From NCBI GenBank assembly GCA_951406725.2, contig OX597816.1:129208001-129272000 (forward strand): a stretch of DNA of 64,000 bases. Direction: 5' to 3'. The position numbers and the translations under genes were made by a program. This document shows, piece by piece, positions 28,892 to 45,842 of this stretch. A model generated the notes under the pieces. That model had not been told where the DNA came from. It searched no databases and was given only the letters and a program-made list of their open reading frames with translations. Numbering within the stretch: the stretch's first letter is position 1; every line of letters begins with the position of its first letter. This DNA is from Octopus vulgaris. Its lineage: Eukaryota.

Positions 28892-29763
28892 GGTGTGTGA
28901 AAAAGTGCCACACCCTGGCAGTTGAGGGGACCTGTGGAAGAGGTAGACCCAGGAAACCTGGGTCGAGGTGGTGAAGCACGACCTTCGAACTTTAGGTCTC
29001 ACCAAGGAAATGACCAGAGACCGAGACCTATGGAACTATGCTGTGCGTGAGAAGACTTGGCAAGACCAGTGAGAACAATCAAAATCAAACCAAATCAAAT
29101 CATATATCAGAAAGCAGAACCAAAATTGAGGTCGATCAACATCAGTGGGAATTGCAGCTGTGTTTAAGTGAACCATCCGTTCGTGTCCGCTGCCAGCCTT
29201 GCCTGGCCCCCGTGTCGGTGGCACGTAAAAGCACCATCCGTTCGTGTCCGTTGCCAGCCTCGCCTGGCCCCTGTGCCGGTGACACATAAAAGCTCCATCC
29301 GTTCGTGGCCGTTTGCCAGCTCTGTCTGGCCCCGTGTCGGTGGCATGTAAAAGCACCATCTGTTCGTGTCCGTTGCCAGCCTCACCTGGCCCCCGTGCCG
29401 GTGACACGTAAAAGCACCATCCGTTCATGGCCGTTTGCCAGCTCTGTCTGGCCCCGTGTCGGTGGCACGTAAAAGCACCATCCGTTCGTGTCCGTTGCCA
29501 GCATCGCCTGGCCCCGTGCCGGTGACACGCAAAAGCACCATCCGTTCGTGGCCGTTTTCCAGCTCTGTCTGGCACCTGTGCAGGTGGCACGTAAAAAGCA
29601 CCAACTACACTCACGGAGTGGTTGGCGTTAGGAAGGGCATCCAGCCATAGAAACACTGCCAGATCTGACTGGGCCTGACGAAGCCTTCCAGCTTCACAGA
29701 CCCCAGTTGAACCGTCCAACCCATGCTAGCATGGAAAGCAGACGCTAAATGATGATGATGATG
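28892..29763 (+). mobile_element. Young RTE 3' fragment: ORF end + 7 x ~60-bp tandem repeat + (GAT)n tail
   Basis: ORF end EGTCGRGRPRK.W.EVVKHDLRTLGL..EMTRDRDLW; repeat array 29172-29600; CpGs retained. Confidence 0.88.
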
Positions 29764-29849
29764 CACACACACACAAACACCAATATATATATGTATTGGA
29801 TGCTGTAAATACTGAAACATAAATGATGTAAACATATAAGTAAGTATAA

Positions 29850-33720
<3,871 letters not shown>

Positions 33721-33776
33721 ATATGTGTTTATGTATATATATATTGTTTCAAAATAAAATGCATATATATTTCCAA

Positions 33777-33845
33777 TCCTGAACATAGTTGTGAGGAGTT
33801 AGATGCATATAAAATAACATATGTCTATTCACTTCATCAGCAGGA
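33777..33845 (-). ncRNA. Degenerate hammerhead motif
   Basis: tcctg-CTGATGA-a-gtga...tcac-[GA missing]AAC-tat-GTT-cagga. Confidence 0.5.
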
Positions 33846-34053
33846 AATCATCAAAGAGGAATTCATATACAAGAAGTAAAATTCATTCATATGCTCATAA
33901 CTGACGTAAATGGAAAGACAAGGTTATGGTAAACAAATCCAAAATGTCGTAACTTTCATGCAAAGATTCTTTGGAATAGAAAATCTCTACCTAACAGCAC
34001 TTGACAGTTTCCAGTCCAAAATTTAAACCCCAGAATATATATGTGCATATGTA

Positions 34054-34088
<35 letters not shown>

Positions 34089-34092
34089 GTGT

Positions 34093-34345
34093 GGAGGCGC
34101 ATGGCTTAGTGGTTAGGGTGTCAGCATCATGATTGTAAGATTGTGGTTTTGATTCCTGGACCAGGCGACACGTTGTGTTCTTGAGCAAAACACTTCATTT
34201 CACGTTGCTCCAGTCCACCCAGCTGGCAAAAATGAGTAACGCTGTAATGGACTGGCGTCTCATCCAGCTGGGGAACACATACGCCATTGAAACCGGGAAA
34301 CCAGGCCCATGAGCCTGGCGAGGCTTTAAAAGGGCGCATTTATTA
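34093..34345 (+). mobile_element. tRNA-derived SINE family C (other copies 23165-23410 minus, 36395-36520, 52600-52770 minus)
   Basis: A box TGGCTTAGTGG, B-box-like GTTTTGATTCC, cttgagcaaaacactt core, (TTA)n tail. Confidence 0.8.
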
Positions 34346-34355
34346 TTTTTATTAT

Positions 34356-34403
<48 letters not shown>

Positions 34404-34405
34404 GT

Positions 34406-35338
<933 letters not shown>

Positions 35339-35352
35339 TATATAGATATATA

Positions 35353-35556
35353 TCTGTTATGTGCAACAGAAGCAGTATTAGATTAAAATAGCAATCTGTG
35401 TATCATACATAATACAAAAGGCACCACTATAAGGGAAATTAATTGCAGAATTATTATGGACATACTGTGTTTTAATACACAAGAATGTCTGTAGCAGACG
35501 AAAATTCTCCAGCATGGCTATTTTAATCAAAAACTGTTTCTGTTGCATATAACAGA
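35353..35556. mobile_element. MITE-like element with ~40-bp terminal inverted repeats
   Basis: tctgttatgtgcaacagaagcagtattagattaaaatagc vs gctattttaatcaaaaactgtttctgttgcatataacaga; partial copy at 40745-40790. Confidence 0.6.
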
Positions 35557-35856
35557 CTTTTATTCAGCTAGGCTGCAAATTTCAACACCAGTGATTGCTT
35601 TATCACTGATTTCCAGTATCATTAGCATGTGGTAGGCAATGAGTACATGCTACTAACAAAGCCCCAATGAGGTGCAAATGTACATTTAGCATAATCACCA
35701 CCACTGCTAAATGATTCTTGTGTGGTACTTATATATGTTTTTAAACACAGTAGGTCCAAAAGGAATATTAACTCCAGACAAATACTACAGCTTCTTCATG
35801 GCATATTTGCATTAAGTATGATGTAGAGATGACTATATATGTATATATCTATTATA

Positions 35857-35897
<41 letters not shown>

Positions 35898-36287
35898 TGT
35901 TTATAATTTGTACTGTCGTTACTGTCCTGTTTTTGTTACCATTTTTTACCCCTCTGCGAAAAGATCTCAGAATTTTAATTGATTTGCTTTTCGCAGGAAG
36001 GAAAGTTTCTTGTCGAAGATACGTCTCGCTTTCACCTTCAAAACGTAGAGTAGATGAAACCATAGCGACTGAAGAAGGGGTTTTTTCTTTGTGTTAATTG
36101 TCCTGTACTCTATTTTTTTGTTGTTTAAAAAAATGTCCAGTTCCTTGGTTTGTGTCTATGTTTTCGTTTCTCATTGTGTTCGACGTCTTTTTGGTGTCCT
36201 GTACTCATATATGCGTGTATATGTACATGTAGAGGTAGGTACATACATATATGTTTATATATATGCATATGTTTATTTTATTTATTA

Positions 36288-36321
<34 letters not shown>

Positions 36322-36857
36322 GCATGTGTGTATGTATGTATATATATAGATATTGCAAATAAGAAAATGGAGAAGCGCTACAGAAGTGAAGATGCTTGAC
36401 TTAGTGGTTAGGGTAAGCAGCTCACAATCATAAAGGTTGTGAGTTCAATTTCTGGTGGGGTGTTGTGTCCTTGAGCAAAACACTTTATTTTACATTTCTC
36501 CAATCCACTCAACTGGCCTTGTCATATTCTGCCTATCCAACTATATTATGCATATCCAAATATGTTATGTGATGCTCACTCCATCAAATCTTCTGTAACA
36601 ATATAATATTCTTCTGATGTATTCTTTTTGTAATATGTAAATAATTTAATTATAATTATAATTCAATTAATTTCTAAATCTTTTACCATGTTATTTACAT
36701 GTTAATATTACCGCTCGAAACGATCATATCCATGGATTAAATTTTTAAAAACTTTTAACACCTTTTCTCTATCTTTAATTGTTTGTTGAGTTTCTATAGA
36801 ATACGTGTTCTATAAATGCTCATAACACATCTTATACTTAAATATATATATATATAT

Positions 36858-37100
36858 ATCATCATCATCATCATCATCATTTAACGTCTGTTTTCCATGC
36901 TGCCATGGGTTGGACGGTTTGACCGGGGTCTGGGAAGCCATGAGGCTGCACCAGGCTCCGGTCTGATCTGGCAGTGTTTTTATAGCTGGATGCACTTCCT
37001 AACACCAACCACTCCGTGAATGTAGTGGGTGCTTTTTACGTGCCACCGGCACAGGGACCAGAGGAGGCTGGCAAACGGCTACGATTGGTTGGTGCTTTTA
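36858..37100 (-). mobile_element. RTE 3' UTR fragment (further copies 38478-38803 +, 53035-53226 +)
   Basis: Same 3' end and (GAT)n tail. Confidence 0.8.
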
Positions 37101-37865
37101 TAAGATATATATATATATGATATATATTACTTTGTGTTGATTCACATAGAAGCAGTAAAATACATAACTCAAAACGTAATGCATCCTTTAATAAATTTTA
37201 ACTGAATCATTCTAAAGTGCCAGTTCTCAGAGTTTCACATCTCCATTCTTTCAGTTAACAATCAAAGCTTGTTGCTAGTTTGATCATTGGATATTTGAAT
37301 ATCATATGAAAGCTATAAAGAAACACTTATTTCAGTATTTCATAAGAAGTCATGCAAGTGATGTATATATATATATATATATATATTTGTCCATTACTTA
37401 TTGATTTGTATATCAACTACTCATGATATCACCAACTTATATACATTGTGTGGCTAAGCAAATAACAGCCTTTAATTCAACTGTAGCTGACTATGGGAAT
37501 AATCAGTAAAATATTTAGATTTCCTGCAAGACACTGTATAGTAACTATTCTATATTTTCTTGATGTGGTATGTTTGAGATTCATTCTTCTCATATGTTTA
37601 ATCTACACAGAATTTATGTCATAGCATCCACTAAATTTTTAGCCATTGCACACTCTAAATACAAAAATATCTCATTGATATGAAGTAAAATTGCCCAGCC
37701 TAAGTACATGTTCAACTACATACAATGTATGTATTCAAGTATGTATGTATGCATGTATGTATGTATGTATGTTTGTATGTATGTATGTATGTATGTATGT
37801 ATGTATGTATGTATGTATGTATGTATGTATGTATGTATGTATGTATGCATGCATGCATGCATGCA

Positions 37866-38400
37866 TGTATGTTTGTACAAGACATTGTAGATCTTTAGCT
37901 GGGCTAAAAAGTCACATTCGATCACAGCACCAGTAACAGTTAAACTTCGTGCAATGGCCATACTCGATAACGAGGGGGCAGCCATAATAATGTATGTATG
38001 TATATAAGTATGTATGTATGTGTGTGTGTGTGTGTGTGTGTGTGCACGTGTATTTAAGGCTGTGATTTAAGGACTGTGTCAAGTCCTCATTAAAGGCCTG
38101 TGGTATGCAGGGAGAGCAATGCCTGTTATCACCACAGATAGAGGAACAGGTTAAGGAGGGGATCAACGCCTTTGAAAGAGCACATACTCTTCATGCTAGC
38201 AGTGCTCAAAAGTGCACTGCTAGCATAATGAATGGGGAAAGCTTGGTTTGCAATATTTGCAGTTGTGTATGCTTGTGAAGAGCAGGGCTCATTAGCCACT
38301 AACAGAGCCACAAATGCAAAATATAAGTTAGTCTTAGAACATACAATGTTCCTAAAGGTCAACAATAGTCTTCCTCAGCCATGAGTGGATGGCCATCATG
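37866..38400 (+). mobile_element. Two RTE-type 3' ends with C-terminal C2H2 zinc finger (37866-37990; 38055-38400)
   Basis: CTRHCRSLAGLKSHIRSQH and FKDCVKSSLKACG...VCNICSCVCL*RAGLISH. Confidence 0.65.
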
Positions 38401-39369
38401 TATGTATGTATGTGCGTTTGTATATACATTGTACCATTTTACATCCTAGTTGCAATGAGATATTTTTGTACATAGTCCGAACGTGGCCGTTGCCAGAACC
38501 CGCCCCGACTGGCCTCCGTGCCGGTGGCACGTAAAAAGCACCATCCGATTGTGGCCGTTTGCCAGCCTCGTCTGGCACCTGAGCAGGTGGCACATAAAAA
38601 GCACCCACTACACTCTCGGAGTGGTTGGCGTTAGGAAGGGCATCCAGCTGTAGAAACACTGCCAGATCAGACTGGGCCTGGCGCAGCCTCCTGGCGCAGC
38701 CTCCTGGCGCAGCCTCCTGGCTTCCCAGACCCCAGTTGAACCGTCCAACCCATGCTAGCATGGAAAACGGACGTTAAACGATGATGATGATGATGATGAT
38801 GATGTATGAATGTGTGTGTATATGTATGTACATATGTATACCTGTAAATATGTACATACGTATGTATGTACATATGCATGCCTGTAAGTGTGTACATATG
38901 TATATTGGTTTATGTTGGATGAATGAGAAAGATGTGCTTAGTATATGTTGTAGAGAATATGGGTCTTTTAATGAAACTGAAACTGAAAATTAGTTTTGTG
39001 ATTCGCAGTTCATGTCATTGCAATTTTCACAAGGTTGTGAAGCAAGCTTCATAACTATACAGCCATATAAGTGTGGCTAGATACAGGAGTGACTGCACAG
39101 TTAAAAAGCTTGCTTCTAAATCATGTGGTTTCGGGTTCAGTCCCACTGTGTGACACCTTGGCCAAATGTCTTCTGCCTATAGTCTCAAGTCAGCTGAAGC
39201 TTTGGCAGTGGATCTGGTAGATAGAAATGGAAAGAAACCTGTTGTATACATATGTATATATGTGTGTGTGTGTGTGTGTACATATATATACATATTTATT
39301 TTGAGATCCACCTTGTTTCTAAGTATATTTTTTTCATTTCTACTTCTTCATTTATGTCAGTGTCTCTGA

Positions 39370-40435
39370 TGGCTGACATGACGAGTTTTTGATTGGAATA
39401 ATGGCTACATTTGATGATCAGTAGAGCCTTAGGTTGAGTTAATATACCTTCATTATAACTGTTTATCTTCTTCATTTCTTTGAGGATGTGTTTTCAAAAA
39501 TGTCCTACATCAGTTTTGATGAAGTGATGCTACACTGTTCAGCCTTCAGTGTGTTACTCCCAGGATTTAGGGTCAATATTGGTGCTTTTCATTGACAGTT
39601 TCAGTTGATCTTTGTAGTATCACATGGGGTACCTGCTTGCTCTTTTGTTGGTATTGAGTTCACTGTAGAGGATTTGATGTGGCAGTTTAGTAGTCTTCAT
39701 GTAGTGGACATGACTTAACCATCTGAGATTACATTTGACGGTGACAGCCTCAATGCATTTGGCATTGGCCTGTTCAAGAATTGCAAGGTTGTTGACATAG
39801 TTATCCCATTTGATGTTCACAACTGACTGTAGATTTTATTGATGGAATCGTTCCAGCTTTCAAATATCCCAGTTGTACAAGGTCCATATTTCATAACCAT
39901 ATAATAAGGTAGAAACAATCATGCCTTGATATACCAAGATCTTGATTTGTACTTCTAGGTTTCTGAAGACACACTGAAGTTTTCCAAAAGTGACATGGGC
40001 AGCTCAGATCTTGTTCTCAACATCTTCCTTGAAATCATATTGTATGGAGAAGATGCATCACAGGTAAGGAAACTGGTTTGCTTGTCCCAGTGGTGTGTTG
40101 AAATCTGGAAGGATTGAGTTTAGAGTAGGTTGTGAAAGTATTTTGATTTTGGCTTTCTGGAGGTTGACTGTCAGACCAAAGTGATCATATGCATTTTTGA
40201 AGTTGTTGACAGACTCTGCAATTCTTCTAGTGAATGAGCTGGTGAGATATTGTCATTAGCACACTGCAGTTCAATGACATGAGTGCTGCTGATCAGTCTT
40301 TAAGACTGAAATTTGGACAGATTGTAGAGTCCATCATTAAAGCTGCACTTGATTTCTACACTAGGGTTGTTCGGTGGAATTTCATGGAGCATAGAAATCA
40401 AGTTCAGAAAGAACAAGGTTGGGGCAAGTATTAGG
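39370..40435 (-). mobile_element. Decayed RTE LINE RT fragment
   Basis: LAPTLF, NIKWDNYVNN.AILEQA...LRWLSHV..M...KLPHQILYSEL. Confidence 0.75.
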
Positions 40436-40952
40436 TTAAAATAGCCACTATATATCATGCATAATGTAGCTACAACAGGAACAAGCAAATTTACTGAAGT
40501 GTTTGTCTAGAGATAGTATCTCTTGTAGACATACTAAATTTATAAAACATAAACTATTTTGGTTGTAGATAAAAACATCATCTAGCAGTGACAGCAGTGA
40601 AAATGTCAGAGGTGCATTTCTGTCTCATTCAGTTTTGTCAGCAGTATGTACTCAATGTCATTCACATACTTGGATGAAATCTGTCGCATATGATATCAGA
40701 AAACAATGATTGAATAATGACTCAGCTGAACAAATATGTATGCAGTAGAAGCAGTATTAGATTAAAATAGCTATTTGTGTATCATACTTTATTTAGATAC
40801 ATCATGAAAAAGTAGATGTACATGTGTATTCGTCAGGCATACCTTGAATTCTCATCTGCTGCTTCTGGACAAATACGTATATATCGCATATATATGTCAT
40901 ATATACATCTTACATATACACACACACACACACGTGTGTGTGTGTGTGTATT

Positions 40953-41316
40953 CTTTTATTTTCATCCTTGTTTCAGTCATTTGACAGAAGGACTACCTCA
41001 AGGGTTTTTTAGTTGAAGAAATCAGCCCCAGGACTTAATATTTCTGGGCCTAGTACTTATTCTATTGGTCTCTTTTACCAAACTGCTAAGTTACACACTA
41101 ACATCAGTTGTCAAGCGATCAAGTGATAGTGGGGGACAAACACACACACACACACACACATATATATGGCGGGCTTCTTGCAGTTTCTATCTACCAAATC
41201 CACTCATAAGGCTTTGATCAGTCTGAGGCTAAAGTAGAAGACACTTGACCAAGGTGCCATACAATGGGACTGAACCCAGAACCATGTGGTTGGGAAGCAA
41301 GCTCCTTACTACACAG

Positions 41317-41318
<2 letters not shown>
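40953..41318 (-). mobile_element. SINE family A (also 39085-39250 +, 47610-47760 -, 63090-63225 -)
   Basis: Homology to 27226-27634. Confidence 0.8.
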
Positions 41319-41356
<38 letters not shown>

Positions 41357-41964
41357 GTTTATACACACACACATATATAGATAGATAGATATCATCTATA
41401 TATGTATTTATATGTGTATAATCTAAATAATAGATGCATAAACAAGGCTTACTTAGGTATTTCTCTGTGGACTGAAGAAATTGTGAACAACCTTGATCAA
41501 TTTTCAACACTTGCTGGATTCTCATCAAGGGTATCTATATCAATTTGACCAATACAGAGGAACGAGCAGTCAATCTGCTTTTATGCTCAACAATTACATT
41601 AGCTACAGAGAGATGGAGCTACTAATTAGCATACTATAGGTGTTACCACTTTATCTAATATTGGGGACCTTTCAATAGGGATTTCAGTTCACACAGTATC
41701 AAAGTATGACATAATATATATAATTTGTACAGTAGATATATAAATAGAGCTAACTTGGTTATTTCTACCTAGAGTGAAAAAATGATGAACAAGCTTAATA
41801 AACACCATATTAAAAGGAATATATACAACTTTTCTTGTAAAACCTCACAAAAGACATATAGGAACCTGGCAGCTTTGTGCTCACACTGTTGAAAGTATGA
41901 TTTCTTTAACAGTCAATGATGCCTTCCTGAGATACAAGTCAACAATAGGTGTTGGCATAGCTCC

Positions 41965-42474
41965 ATTACCAGTGCTTTTTACATGGCCTCAGCATCCACA
42001 CTAATGCTTTTTACATGGCACCCTGGTTATGGGATCTCAATTCTGATGTGGGCCTTCTTGAGTATAGCAGTGTGCCATATATCTTGGCCCTCTGTCATTG
42101 CCTTTGTAAGGTTCAGCATTTTGAGATTGGCCTTCAATACCACATCCCATGTCTTCCTGGGTTTTCCTCTTCCATAACTTCCCTCCACTTTAAGTGATCA
42201 ACATTTCTTTATGCAACTGTTCTCATCCATTTGCATCACATGACCAAACTAGTGCTGTCTCCTTTCTTGAACAACGCATTTAATTCCCCTTATGCCCAAC
42301 TTCTCCCTCAATACACCAATGTTCTGTCATGCATGCACACTGACATTGCAAATCCAGTGGAGCATATCAGCTTCATTCCTCTCCAGCATTCACATGTCCT
42401 CCACATTCAGGGACGACATCTCACTAATGTGCAGCATTGAAGTTCATACATATGCATCGTACAATCTTTCCTTC

Positions 42475-42505
<31 letters not shown>

Positions 42506-42650
42506 CCTTGGTTGCCTACTGAGGTAAAAGCTCTCTGACCTTTCTCCATCCTATTCTTACTCTAGGAATTACTTTCTATACAACCTCCTCCACTGCTAAT
42601 TAGGTCACCTAGGAAGCAAACATTTTGTATAACATCCAGAGAGCCACCAG
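41965..42650 (-). mobile_element. Decayed RTE 3' fragment
   Basis: FLGDLISSGGGC..S motif, homologous to the 20.4-22.5 kb element. Confidence 0.75.
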
Positions 42651-42665
42651 GTTCAGACATATATT

Positions 42666-42710
<45 letters not shown>

Positions 42711-43306
42711 GATTTTGTTCAATTGTATTTTCTGATAATTGCATAATTTGTTTAATTGCATAACTTTTACAAACATAGAGCCAATGACTATGAAATCTAT
42801 CTAAAATTGATTGGTTAAAAGCATATGCAAATAAAGTCAACTTCAGTTAATTTGAGTAAAAAGAATGACGAAATGTAGCATTAAATTGTATAATTATTTG
42901 ATTTGATATGAATAAAGTGATTCAAGAAGCTTCCGTTTTCATGATGAGTTAAAACAACACTAGTCAGTACTTTGTGTTTGCAAAATAATCATATCAAAAG
43001 AATTAAATGTAGTCATGTTATATTCTTACCATTTCAATGAACTAAAGATTATCAAAGTTCAAATTCCAGTGTAATTTTTCCTGGAGTTTTTTTTTTTTTT
43101 GTAGCAACATCTCTTCAGTACATTATTTACATTTGACAGATATTTGTCCACATCTTGTTTGTTGTTAACACAACATTTTGGCTGATATACCCTCCAGCCT
43201 TCATCATATGCACAGGCAAATAGCATAGTGGTTAAGAGCACAGGCTACTAACCCCAAGATTCCAAGTTCAATTTCAGGCAGTGACCTGAATAATAATTAT
43301 AATAAA

Positions 43307-43348
<42 letters not shown>

Positions 43349-43349
<1 letters not shown>

Positions 43350-45538
43350 TGCATTCATGGAGAAGAACGATATTTTCCCCATTGAACAAAAAGGGTGCCG
43401 CCGAGGCTCTTACGGATGCAAAGATCAACTGCTAATCAATCGTATGATCCTTGAGAACTGTCACAACAAGCACAGAAATCTCAGCACCGCATGGATTGAC
43501 TATAAAAAGGCCTTCGACAGTATACCGCATCCATGGATCTTGAGATCGCTGGACATCTTCAAAATTTCCCCTGTGATTTCAAACTTCCTGAAGCACAATA
43601 TGTCGTTGTGGAATACGAATCTCCAATTATACCACTCTAATGGAGTACTTACCTCAGAAAATATAAACATCAACTGTGGAATTTTTCAAGGTGACTCACT
43701 TTCACCTTTAATATTCTGCATAGCCCTAATACCCCTTACAAGTGAATTAAACAGAACAGGGTATGGGTATAAAATTGCCAATAAAAAAATAAGCCATCTA
43801 TTTTATATGGATGACTTAAAACTTTATGGTAAAGACAATAATGAACTTGAAGGCCTATTGCGCACCGTGAAAGCATTCAGCGATGACATCGGGATGGAGT
43901 TTGGACTTGAGAAGTGTGCCAAGGCCACTTTCCAGAAAGGGAAAGTGAAGACCACAAATTCAGTCGTGTTAGATGTTGACACAGTCATAAGAGAGCTTGA
44001 GCAAGAACAAACATACAAATATTTAGGGATAAATGAAGGCTCTGGTATTCAGTATGCAAGCATGAAAGAGAAGATCAGGAAGGAATGTTATAGGAGAGTT
44101 CGTGCAGTCCTGAAATCTGAACTAAATGCACGTAACAAGGTGTTAGCTATAAATTCCTGAGCAGTTCCAGTTGTTACTTATAGCTACAATGTGTTGAACT
44201 GGAATATGAGTGAAGTAAAGAATATAGATAGAAAAATACGCAAGCTGCTGAGTTGTAATAGGATGCACCACCCAAAGGCAGACGTAGATCGCCTTTACCT
44301 TCCCAGAGCCCAAGGAGGTCGAGGCCTGATCCAATTTGAACTAGCTTACAAAACAACCACAATTGGACTGGCCAAATATCTTGAAATATCGAATGACTGG
44401 ATGCTAAAGCTCGTGGAAAATCACGAGAGACGAAAGAAGCTTCATTCTATCATCAAGGAAAGCAAAAAATTTGCTATTGATCTCATGCAGGATACCCAAA
44501 CTGAACAACCCGAGGGAAGTACGGCAACTATTGTTGCAAAGAAGGTGAAAATGATGGCAATGAAAAAAGCGCACAAGCAATTGGCTGATAGGTGGGAGGA
44601 GAAACCTCTGCACGGCAAATATGTGACCCACAGCAAACAAGCTGATGTTGACCAGAAGCAAACCCATCAGTGGCTGCGGAGCTCAGGGCTAAAAGCAGAG
44701 AGCGAAGGTTTCATCCTGGCTGCTCAAGACCAAAGCCTATTAACCCGGAACTACCAGGCCAATGTGATGAAAACTGGAGCAGACCCAAAATGCCGATTCT
44801 GCAACGACATGATTGAAACAGTGGACCACCTAATCTCTGGATGTAAAGTCTTAGCACCAGTGGAGTATAAATTAAGACATGACAGAGTTGGCCAATATCT
44901 CCACTGGCTAATAAGTCGGCATTACAATATCAAAACTGCCGACAAGTGGTATAATGACCACCCTGAGGCTGTAACTGAAGGAGAAAATGTAACCATTCTG
45001 TGGGACTTTCCAGTACATACAGACCGAACCATCAAGGCCAATAAACCAGATATTGTTGTGAAAGACCAAAACAATAAAGTTTGCTTATTGATCGACATGA
45101 GCATCCCCTGTGATCATAATATATCAGCGAAAGAGTTTGACAAGCTCAGAAAATATAAAGACCTACTCATTGAAATTGAGAAAATGTGGCATCTCAAGGC
45201 GGTTACAATACCAGTGATCGTAGGAGCACTAGGAATGATCAAGAAGGGAACCGAAAATTATATGAGAATGATCCCTGGTTTACCATCCCTGCAAGAAGTG
45301 CAAAAGATTGTCTTAACTGGTACATCACACGTATTGAGAAGAGCATTGTCGATGTGAGAACTGTTGCTGCTCATGTATTTTAATTTAACTTTAAAAAAAA
45401 AAAAAAAAAAAAAAAATTAACGAACTACTGAGTTTGGTTTAATGGCCTACCAATATACACTATGAGTTTCTTTGCCCTAGGAGTCGGGAAGACACTCGGC
45501 AAGAAATGGAAGAAAATTTGAAAGAAGAATAAAAAAAG
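43349..45538 (+). mobile_element. 5'-truncated R4/Dong-type LINE inserted in (TAA)n
   Basis: (TAA)n on both sides; RT, CCHC and PD-(D/E)xK RLE domains; short 3' UTR. Confidence 0.9.
43357..45357 (+). pseudogene. RT + zinc knuckle + restriction-like endonuclease frame with one in-frame TGA (44158-44160)
   Basis: DYKKAFD, QGDSLSP, YMDD, YKYLG, CRFC..ETVDHLISGC, RHD, KPD..D..KE..K.RKY; the two listed ORFs share a frame. Confidence 0.9.
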
Positions 45539-45608
45539 TAATAATAATAATAATAATAACATCATAAAATACCTTAGGAATGAGAGCCCAGGTTCGAAAT
45601 TTCCCCAA

Positions 45609-45655
45609 GACACCTGATGAAGGCTGGAGGGTATATCAGCTGAAAACATTGAGTC
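45609..45655 (+). ncRNA. Minimal type I hammerhead motif (slightly decayed)
   Basis: gacac-CTGATGA-a-ggctg(gagggtatat)cagct-GAAAAC-ATT-gagtc. Confidence 0.7.
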
Positions 45656-45842
45656 AACAACAAACAAGATGAGGACAAATATCCATCATGTGTAAATAAT
45701 GTAAATAATGTAAATTATGTACATAATTCCTCATCTCTTAAATATAGAACTGTATCTCTTCAGTAATAAATAAACTTATAACGTAGATAAAAATTTTTAT
45801 AAATTTTTAATCATATATATTGTGACAGAGGCAGGATTGATA

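Larger units (their letters stand above)
43121..45753 (+). mobile_element. tRNA-headed hammerhead SINE with inverted 5' cap, interrupted by a nested R4/Dong LINE
   Basis: TSD atctcttcagta at 43109-43120 and 45754-45765; inverted 3'-end copy 43121-43206; tRNA head 43207-43288; (AAT)n; body resumes at 45539; HHR 45609-45655. Confidence 0.88.

Noticed and set aside
29172-29600. CRISPR-like regular array
   Set aside because: Contiguous tandem units without unique spacers, inside an RTE 3' UTR; eukaryotic context; no cas genes.
43207-43288. Functional tRNA with ACT anticodon
   Set aside because: No proper acceptor stem; it is a SINE head repeated at 18.5 and 49.3 kb.
44158-44160. In-frame TGA as selenocysteine or readthrough codon
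   Set aside because: The position (AINS*AVP) is not a Cys site; a single nonsense mutation in a 5'-truncated copy is simpler; no SECIS recognised.
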